A stretch of DNA of 64,000 nt, from NCBI GenBank assembly GCA_038087875.1, contig CM075998.1, positions 1,488,001 to 1,552,000 on the forward strand. The letters run 5' to 3'. Below the pieces are notes generated by a model. The model did no database searches and was not told the DNA's origin. It saw only the letters and a list, made by a program, of their open reading frames with translations. Source of the stretch: Malacoraja senta (lineage: Eukaryota). Each line of letters begins with the position of its first letter. The stretch's first letter is position 1. Made by a program: the position numbers and the translations under genes. This document shows positions 13,278 to 23,000 of this stretch, piece after piece.

Positions 13278-15231
13278 CCCTGAACTCCGAAAGTAAACAT
13301 GCTGATGTCTGAATGTGTTTTCAAAAGGGAATGGGGGAGGAGGAGGACGAAGAGAAGGAGGAGGAGGAGGGAGGATAAAACGATGAGGCTTTGGTGTAAG
13401 TTAGCTTGTTTCTGCTCCTCAGGGTACCATTCATCAGGCCTAACCAATGCCTGATATATTGCAATCGTCCTCCGATTGATCTAATAAGTTTTAAAACATG
13501 TGCTGATTGCAGGCTGTTGAGGGCACCGGCAATAAAATAAACCAATCTCTCCGTTCTGATGGTGTAACTCATTATCTCACATACTTCAGTTCACACCTGC
13601 AGAATTCATTGCTGTTCTGTCACACATGTAGGACATTTGTTTTTGTCTGATTTCCTGGAGAAACACTGCTAACCAAGCAAGCAATTGTCATGATTTTATG
13701 ATTTTGAATGTAATACATACCAAAATAAAATAAAAATATATCCTTACTGAATTTAAGAAAAAGTGCAGGCACAAATTTTTAATATAGCTTCTTTCTAGTG
13801 AACTACACGTAGAAATAGAGACTCATTATTTTAGTTGGAGAAACTTAAAGAAATATATTAATAGATTATTTTGTTGCAGAAAACCTATAGTCTTATGATA
13901 CTTATAATGTAAATAAGTACAAGCAGCAATCTGATTCACCTGGTCCACCAAATGGCAGTATGTTGGCTTAAATCTGAAGGATGAGCTAATAACTGAATTA
14001 AATAACATGACCATAGATCCCTTGAACTAAGAAATAGAAAAGTAGAGTAAAAGCCAATGTGGCTTCTATTTTCGTGAAGTTCATTTTTTTTTCCTCTTTC
14101 GTCCTGGGATTTAGATGTGAAGACCCAGGTTATATCTTTAAGTGCAGTAATGTGTTTACTGATTCAGTTCAAGGTGAGTTGTTAAAGCTATTTGTTATAC
14201 TGGAGGAATTGTGTAAAAGTGCTGTATGGTCAGGTAATACTGTTGTTTATCTTGTCCTTTGTTGTACACTTGTAGTGAAAATAGAGAAACATAAAGTAAG
14301 TGTACTAAACTGTAACATGAACTGTATCTATTTAAAGAGACAACATTCCTCATTTAAATCGGTCTGCATTTTGCAAGAGGTTAGAAAAGTTTTTTTTGGT
14401 TGGTCTGTAGTACGTATCAATAAGTGGAAACATTTTTATTTCTGTTCAAAATATTATGGCGTCTTACTAATGTGTGTATTATCATAAAGTGCAGCCTCTT
14501 TAGACTAATAGCAGGAATTCTGTCGACTTAAATGCTGAAAATGTGAATGGGGAAAATTGTAATTTATTTCTATAAGGAAATAAAAGTGATTAAAATGCAA
14601 TGACTTGATTATTATTGTTTTAATGGATTCAAATAGAATACTGCACGTGATCGGTTTCTGGTACAGTGGTTCTTGATATGGACCTTGTGATTTCTAATAA
14701 TGAATTACAATTGTAAAATGTATCATCTAGAGGTCAATAGTCAATAGTCAGATTTATTCGCACATACACAATGAAGTGCAGTGAAATGAACTTGCAGTGA
14801 AATGAACTTTCTAATAGGAAATAAGAGGGGAATGAGAATTTGAATTGTAAAACAGAAGCTGCTATCTTGTATTGAATTGGCTTTTAGAACATGTCTTATC
14901 TGATGCTTGAGGTAAATTAAAAATATAAAAGGAACTTTCAGCTTTAAGCTTTACTTTAATGTGACAAGTAAAATAGCTCTCTTTGAAAATTACAAGCAAC
15001 ATTTTGAAGACTATTCTCATTTTGGTAAAGTAACGGTTTAGTTGAGTGAAATTGGGGAAAATCCACCTGATAATCAGTTCAACCATTGTGGTCAAACTGA
15101 TATGTAACTGCATTTTCCCGTGTGTGTGCGCACACATCCCAGCATACTATTGTTTGCTCTACATGTGTCCCAGAGACCTATAAGCTGCTGTGAAAGTGGT
15201 GTCAGAGAAGTGCTACATTGCTCTTGCCTAT

Positions 15232-16132
15232 AGGGAGGTTTCACAGCAGTCGGATCACGACCCATGACCTGTACTGTTGCTACGCTACGCCAAATGGAGT
15301 ACACGCGATGAACTGCAGGTAAGCACTTACCATTGTTTCCAGCGTAGCGGGCCCGTTAAAACCCACCGAAATTGTCAATTTTTGAGCTGTAAATAATTAT
15401 GGAAATCGGGATAAGCGTGAGAGACATTTATCCTACTTCAGAATTCAAAATGTGAGGAGAAATTACGGTAGATAGAAGCGAGAGCTGAAGGGACAACAAC
15501 AGCCAGAGTGCTTGGCGAACATTGGCCGTTTGCTCACTGCATTTCATCAACTAAGGCATTATTTGTGTTTTTTCTTGATTCCTTTGGCATCTAAAAAGTT
15601 TCAGAAGTGATAAATCTGGCTGTAAAATTTTTAAATCGCCCATGGTTCTCAAGTGGGTTTTTACATACAAAAAGAAAACGCCTCTGAAGCAAAATTTACA
15701 ACCAGATTTATCACTTCTGAGACTTTTTAGATACCAAAGGAATCAAGCAAAAAAACAAATAATGCCTTACTGTTGATGAAATGCAGTGAGCAAACGCGAT
15801 AATTCCCGATATTTTCAATTCCGATATCTGCACGGCCAATGTTCGCCAAGCACTTTAGCTGTTGTTGTCCCTTCAGCTCTCGCTTCTCTTTACCTTCATT
15901 TCGCTTCACTTTTGGAATTCTAAAGTTGGGTACATGTCTCTCACACCTACCCCGACTTCCACAATCTTTTACAGCACAAAAATTCAACATTTTGGCGGTT
16001 TTTAACAGGTAGGAAAGTACGCGTTTCTTGCATTAATAACATATACCGGAAGTTACGGATGTCCTCCAGATGGATTGAGCGGCTCCGTGCGTCAAGCCCT
16101 TTGACCCGGTGACCTTACATGCAACCCCCCCT
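15232..16132. mobile_element. fold-back non-autonomous DNA transposon with two opposed THAP remnants (ISL2EU/Harbinger-like)
   Basis: Ends tAGGGAGGTTTCA...TGCAACCCCCCCTa; inverted arms ~15355-15630 and ~15690-16008; ORF 15727-15990(-) has the THAP pattern C-x4-C...FRIP...CSLHF. Confidence 0.7.
15727..15990 (-). pseudogene. transposase-derived THAP zinc-finger remnant
   Basis: MLNFCAVKDCGSR...FRIPKV...CLANIGRAD...YRVCSLHF; conserved Trp position reads Cys; no catalytic domain follows. Confidence 0.7.
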
Positions 16133-16221
16133 ATATCTATATTATCACATCTGCACATTTATTGCTTTGAACAATGTTAATGGAGGCTGATTGTCACATA
16201 AATAGCTGTACCAACAAATGG

Positions 16222-16630
16222 TTTAAGTTTAGTTTATTGTCATGTGTACTGAGGTACAATGAAAAACGTTTGTTGTGTGCTAACCAGGCAGTGGAAAGAC
16301 AATACATGATTACAATCGACCCAATAGTTGTACATATACATGATATTGGAATAAGTTTTTTTTAGTGCAAGGTAAAGCCAGTAAAGTCTGATCAAAGATG
16401 GGTCTCCAATGAGGTAGATGGGAGGTCTGACAGCTCTCTAGTTGGTGAGAGGATGGTTCAGTTGCCTGATAATAGCTGGGATGAAACTCTCCCTGAATCT
16501 GGAGGTGTGTGTTTTCACACTTCTGTACCTCTTGCCCGAGGGGAGGGGAGAAGAGGGAGTGATAGGATGCTGCTGGCCTTGCCGAGGCACCGTGAGGTGC
16601 ACATGGAGTAAATGGAAGGGAGGTTGGTTT
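16222..16630 (-). mobile_element. Rex1/Babar-type LINE 3' fragment
   Basis: Reverse-complement match to 2000-2424, including the gtttaagtttagtttattgtc tail. Confidence 0.75.
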
Positions 16631-17070
16631 GTGGGGCGGTTTCAGCAAAGAAGGGGGGAAGCTAGTCACGCGAGATGTGTCGTCGGCCCCGGCCCCGGCC
16701 CCAACCGCCCGCCTCGCGCTTGTTGGCGGTTTGACCCAAACGCGCGGCAACGGCTTCATTGTTTGGGCGGTGGAGCATGCGCCGATCAGCTTTCACCCGG
16801 GAGCAGGCAGGTAGGCGCGCGAGCGGTAACCGCGTGGCGTCAATGCTGTGCGTTCCCTCCCGCGACACAGGCACTCGCTCCGTTTGAAAATAAACTGGTA
16901 ACAATAGGTACGCAAGGACAATTTGTTTTCGACCCCTGCAATCCTGGTAGGGAGTAACCGTGCAGCGTCGAATACGTATTTTGACCAGAGGCGCGGAAAA
17001 TTTCCGATGTGGTGCCAGTGTTTAAAAAAAAAAGTGGAATCGGTTGAGTAACTGCAGGTCGGTTGGGTGC
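16630..17070 (+). promoter_or_regulatory. CpG island / promoter and first exon of the unrecognised gene
   Basis: Abrupt CpG-rich stretch in AT-rich DNA; GC boxes (ggggcgg, tgggcgg), gcatgcgc, tcacgcgaga; donor CAG|gtaggc at 16810/16811. Confidence 0.75.
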
Positions 17071-20000
17071 AAATTGGTGGAAAAAATTAGGGATATTAAA
17101 TCATCGTGTCAAAAGGTATCGATTAATCAGTGGGAATTAATTAAGGGAAGCTTGCGTCTGGTCAACTATTGGGATTGTGGAGCCCTGCATGAGGAGAGTC
17201 AACGTAGAGGGCTGAACTCTGGACACGGTTAAATATGAGTGTTAGTGTTCCAATCTAAAGATGCTAGCGTGTGTTGGGGAAACTGCAGGCTCCCCCTCAG
17301 AGTTTCAAGTAGTCATGGTCTTTGAACAGAAGGCGTCCCATGTGGGTGGGCCAACATTAACTAGCAATGTTACAACATTTTGAGATTTTAAAAATCAAGT
17401 CTGCAATTTATCCCATCAGATAAAGCATAAAAAGACGTTTAATTTGACACCTAATTCACTTTCATATCTTCAGTATTAAAAAAGTTATGGCCATTTTCAT
17501 ACTCTGAAATCAGCATATTGTCCCTATTTGCTTTTCCATTGACTTAACACAAAAGCTGTGATCGAGGACAGTCAAAAGCCCATAACTTTCTTAAAAATTA
17601 AGAGAACTGAATGAAATGTTCAGTTATTATAGATTGAAGCATTCTGAAACAAATATGAAACATCTTACTTGGATGACCTGAAATTAAAGCATATAATTAG
17701 TTAGTTAACCAATTGTAGTTAATTACAAAAGTGACCGTTGTGATGGAAATAGTAATAAACACTCAGACTGCCATGAAAATTCAAAAATGTGATATTCTCA
17801 AGATCAGAACTTTAATATTATTGTATTATATGCTGTGAGTCTGTAACAGATAGGTAAATAAATTACAATTTCTAGCAATAGACCAAGTCTTTATGGAGAA
17901 GATCAGTTGCTAGCTGGTACATTGGCATATCATAATCAGTAGCATCATCATACTCCTCAGATTGTAACTAATAAGCAACTCTTCCTCAACTTTTCAATTT
18001 TGGCATTGTAAACTACAAGTTTTTGCTCTTCAAACCACGCATGACATGCCTTTCTGCCCACTACTTTCCCATTAAGAATGTCCTGTAGATTCCATTTCTT
18101 AAGAAAAGGATAATTGTTTTAAATAGCCTAAGTATCCAAATAACAAACTAATCCCATTCACACAAGAATTCACAATATAACATGCTTTTTAAATCTCATT
18201 GTTATGAACATATGCCAGATGGAAGGAGTGTATAATGACAAGTGTATAATGCATGAGTCATGAATATTAAAGCAAATGGGATCCAAGGGAAGTTGGCTCT
18301 GTGAGAGAAGATAAAAGGAAATAATTAGTAAAAGTTTAGTGAATGGAGGGTTGTGTACAGTACTGGGTGGGCCCCTTTTCTTAAAATACATTAATGGCTT
18401 CGAAACAAATGGTTTGGTTAAGTTTACCAAAATTAGCAGTGGGGTTGACAAAAATAAATTTGTAGGCTACAGTGAGATATCTAAGAACTGGCTGTGTCAG
18501 TACAGAACTGGCAAATAAAAATCAATCTGGAGAAGTGTGGGTTTCAGGAGGGTGGATAAAACAAGGCAATGCACAATAATGGGTTAGATTGAGTCCAACA
18601 ACATCTAATTGTGAACGTTGCGGAGAGTTAATTGTGAATGTTGTAAAGAGTTATTTATTAAGCTTCTTAATAATGCAAGTGTGAGATTTCATGACCATGT
18701 TGAAGCATTTGGAACCATGTTCAGCCATGTGCTTCACCTTGGCGTTTTCCATGTATGGACCAAGAATGATGAGGTCAAAGGCCAAGTGGTTCAGGAGAAA
18801 CCCACATTGGGTGGACAAGGATTTGGTAAGTGCCACAAAAGTCTTCAGCTTAATTAATTCACTTTGTGTGATGTCAAGAATCAGCTGAGGGCATGGAATG
18901 CAGGAAATCGCACACCATTCTGGCTGTAGTACTCAAGATCTGCACACCAGATTTGTGGATCGAGCCAAGCTTTGAGTACAGAACTACACAGTTACAACAT
19001 TTAATTATAGAATCAGAATTATACAGCATGGAAACAGGGCCTTCGACACAACTTGTCCATGCTGACTAAGATGTCCCATTTGCTTGCGTTTGACTCCTAT
19101 CCCTCTTAACCTTTCTTGTCCATATACGTGTTTAAATGTCTTTTATAATTGTACCTGCCTCTACAGCTTATAATTGTACCTTCCTCTACAACTTATAATT
19201 GTACCTGCCTCTACAGCTTCCTCTGTCAGCGTGTTCCACATACTGCCATCTGTAAGAAAATATTGTTTCTTGGATCCCTTTTAAATCTTTCCCTCCTTAA
19301 ATCTATGCCCTCTAGTGTTAGATTCCTCTATACTGGGGAAAAGGACCATCCACCTTGTGATGTTATATACTTCTGTTTGGATACCCCTCAACCTCCCATG
19401 CTTCAGTGAAAACAGCTCCAGCATATGACTTATGCAGCCTTATCCCTCCAGGCCCAGGAGTGTGGTAAGACTTCCCCAAAGGTTCACAGATCTTTGAAGG
19501 TGACAGGTAAAAGTGTTAAAGTTGCTCAAGGCAGCATATGGAATCCTGGATTTTATCTATAAGCATAGACTGCAGGAGGTTCAGCTAAGCCTTTATAAAT
19601 AATTGGTCCTAGGTACCGGATTTTAGTATTATGTCAAAACATTCAGAGAGAATTTATTTGACTCAGTGCAAAACTGATTAAATGGAGAAACTGGAAAAGC
19701 AGAGTGTTCTCTTTAGAGGAAGTTAAGGATAAAGTTGAAAGCAATGTTCAATATCATTAAGGATTTTGATAAAAAATAAATTGGCCATAAATTAAGGATC
19801 ATTAGTGAAAGAACATGAGGTGAAATGAGAATATATTTTACCCAACAATTTGTTATGATCTGGAATATACTTTGTTAAAGTGTGAAGGATGCAGAACGAA
19901 TAATAATATGAAGACAAGAATTGGTTAATATTTGGATACCTCCTGTTGTTTGTTATTCTGATTGATAAAAGTTTGGACAATGCATTTAATGGACAACATT

Positions 20001-23000
20001 AAATAGAGTGAACAGAAGTGAAAGCAGAAATGTACCACTTTTATATTCAATTTACTGGATGTAGCCAAGGTTACAATTCCCATCTCAGATTGGTGTTATT
20101 TTTAAACTACTACAATCATGAGAACATAACATCACAGTAGCTTTGGCAGATAAGCGTATCTGCCAAAAGATCTGCTCTTGGCAGATACGCTTTGGCAGCG
20201 GAGGGAGTGAATGTTTAGGATGATGGATAGGGTGCCACTCAAGCAGTCTGCTTTGTCCTGGATGATGACAAGGTTCATGAGAGTCATTGGAACAGCTCAT
20301 TTCGGCAAGTGGAGTGTATTTGGAGTGTTAGGAAGCGAGTTACTCGGGCAGGATACCCAGTCTCTGCTCTGCTCTTGCAAGCACAGTATTTATGTGACTG
20401 TTCCAGTTAAGTACCTGATCGACAGTGATCTTGAGGATGTAGATTGTGCAGTCCCAATGTTAGCAATGCTGATGTTAAGGTTGGATAGTTTGACTGTCTT
20501 GTGTTGATGATGGTAATTGGCTGGCACTTTTTTGGCACAGTTATTTTCCACTCATCAGCACATGCCTTAATGTAGTCTAGATCTTGCTGCATGTAGATAT
20601 CGACTGCATCATTATCTGAGGAATCATCATGCAGTTGAGAACTGCAATCATCAGGAAACATCCCCACTTCTGATCTTATGATGGAAAGGAGTTTATTGGT
20701 GGTATAAATATGGCTGGGCCTAGCATACACTGCCCTGGGGAAATTCTGTGGTGATGACCTGGTGCTTCTTCTTCAACAACAACCCAATCATATTCTTTTG
20801 TGCCAGGCATGATATTGACTCTAGCCATTGGACTGTTTTTTCACTGTGACTTCACCACTATCAAGGCTTCTTGATGCTATTTCCAGTCAAATGCTGGCTT
20901 TTAAGGCCAGTAGGTTGTACCACACTTCTGCATTTTACTCTTTTTCATGTTTGGGCTAAGACTGCAATGAGGTCTGGAGCCAAATGGTTCTGGCTAAACC
21001 AAATGCCCTTCCTTTCACTTGAGGACTATCCATAATTTGTTCTTTGTTTTATCACTCCTTATCAGTTATTGACCCAATTTGCCACCCATCCCCTGAAATT
21101 CTCTCAGTAATCTCTTGTCTGTAACCTCTCAAGAACTTTTTGAAATATGAGCGCCATTTTCAATTCCTTTCATCATTCATATCCACCACTTTCTCATTAA
21201 GAAACATTAAAAATATTAATACAGGTTACAAATTGAAGATTTTTGGATGGGATCGATAGTTTTATGTTTAATATTCCAGTGTTTGAAATGGAACATAGAG
21301 CAAGTCATCAAACAACTTCTACCTATTACTCTCCATACAGTCGGCGGTGTGCATCTCTACTACCAGAATCACCCTTGCATCTGGTGCCCGAGATTGAAAG
21401 ATCTGGTCTTGAGTGGTTTGACATCTGGGTTTATGAAATGATGGAAGAAGGTAATTTTGAAAAAGCTGCTTAACATTACTCGTGTAAAGCTGACAATCTT
21501 ATGTAATACTGATTTCATTCTTCAGTTGGTAACAGGGACCAAGATGTGCCAGCCTCACCTTTCAGTGATACTTCTGAGAAAATGCTGAGTTCTCAGGATA
21601 CGGGTAAATTTTAATTCTCCCTGCCACAAATTAATGTATTAGTAACTAATTTACTCTCCTGAGCTGCATGACCCCCCCCTGTCCAAGAAAACTGGGTGAT
21701 AACTGGTTGGAATGATAGTTGTTTATGGTGACTTACTGTGTTGATTTCCTTTCCTAGAGGATAGCATATCTTTCACTGAAGCTTTACCAAATGTTTGGAG
21801 GAGCATTATCATACTGTATAAAATGTTAGTGTTTTTGTTATTTTACCTGTATAATCAGCCAGGCTCTTTGTAGTAAGCAATTCTGAAATGTTTTAATGTA
21901 GCTCACTATGGAGTGGAATTTTTGACGGGTTTTCTTAATCTCTCATTGTAATTGGAGTAGAAGATTATTGCAACTCCTGCAGAAAATATTGAAATAGCTA
22001 TTTACGCTGTTTCTCAGAGTTGCTGCCAATCTTGCACTAAAGCTTCTGCTGAAGATTAGAATGCTTGGGGAAATTCTGTGCCTATAAATTCAAACGCTTC
22101 AATAAAATATTTTGGTTATTAATACATTATTCTTGGAGACTGTATAATTATTAAACACGTTTAATTTAAGTAAGCTAAGCAAGCATATTGATCAATATTT
22201 ACATCATGCCAACAGATTTTACAGTACCGTCAACCCCAATTGATCTTAACCTGCAAGACATGATTTCTGCCACTGATCAAAGTTTGGATCAGAATCCATC
22301 ACCTCAGGGTAAAACAAAATTGATATTTTGACATTTTTCAGTTTTCAAAGCAAAAAAAGATAACTTGCGAAAATAAAAATGTCAGGATTTCACTTCATGG
22401 CATACTATTTTTTTCTTAAAGGAACATTCAAATTAGAGCATTCTGGAAATTAGTATACTGTAGTTTTGTTAACCCATTTATTGATTGTAAATCAAGGAAA
22501 ATTGTGTTTTACCTGTGCAAAATACCTGTCTGGTATTTGGATCGTGTAACACCACATTTAAGAATTGAGGCGGGAATAATTTGCCAAATTTGGCAAGGTT
22601 ACTCTGGGGCTCCTCCTGTTGTCTGATAGTGTCAACTGCCCGTGACTAAAACAGTATAAAATATTTCAGTAAGGTTGAGTAAATCTTATTCCATCCTCAC
22701 CACCTCTGGCAAGAGGTGGTGAGGAGAGACTTCCTCCTGGCGCCATGTAAGCTTTTTACAAAACCTTTTTGTTACTTGTGATGCCTCCCCCACTTATACT
22801 TAACACACTTTTTAAAATGTCCTTTAAACAGATATTTAGCCTCTGATATAATTACTTAAGGGGCACATGTTTTGGGCATTTTCCCCAAACAGTAGAAGGT
22901 CCTTCTGCAGAGGCAGAATGAATGCACGTTCCATTGATAAAATGGATACAAACTATTCCAAGTTATTATGTCCTAAAAATGTGCATACACTTAAATCCAT

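Larger units (their letters stand above)
11467..14600 (+). other. SLC4A8: putative terminal exon / 3' UTR of SLC4A8
   Basis: Acceptor ttttttgtttatttctcag at 11466; gives RIKSKP* if joined directly to 9129; AT-rich; AATAAA 14579-14584 and ATTAAA 14589-14594 followed by a T-rich tract. 3' end uncertain because several upstream AATAAA exist. Confidence 0.5.

Noticed and set aside
13109-13572. ORFs with poly-Asn, poly-Leu and poly-Ser runs
   Set aside because: Translations of an (ATT)n LINE tail and a GA-rich simple repeat.
14059-14487. 142-aa ORF (+)
   Set aside because: Non-ATG start in AT-rich 3' UTR-like DNA; no splice or domain support.
16442-16957. 171-aa ORF (+) and overlapping 149-aa ORF (-)
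   Set aside because: Chimera of an antisense Rex/Babar fragment and stop-poor CpG-island DNA; no domain signal.
21247-21441. Second, hydrophobic frame over orphan exon 2 (MGSIVLCLIFQ...)
   Set aside because: Stops before the donor and starts upstream of the best acceptor; only the other frame continues through later exons.
21380-21450. Faint likeness of EIERSGLEWFDIWVYEM to the INCENP N-terminal helix
   Set aside because: Only a few residues match; no coiled coil or IN-box; too weak to name the gene.
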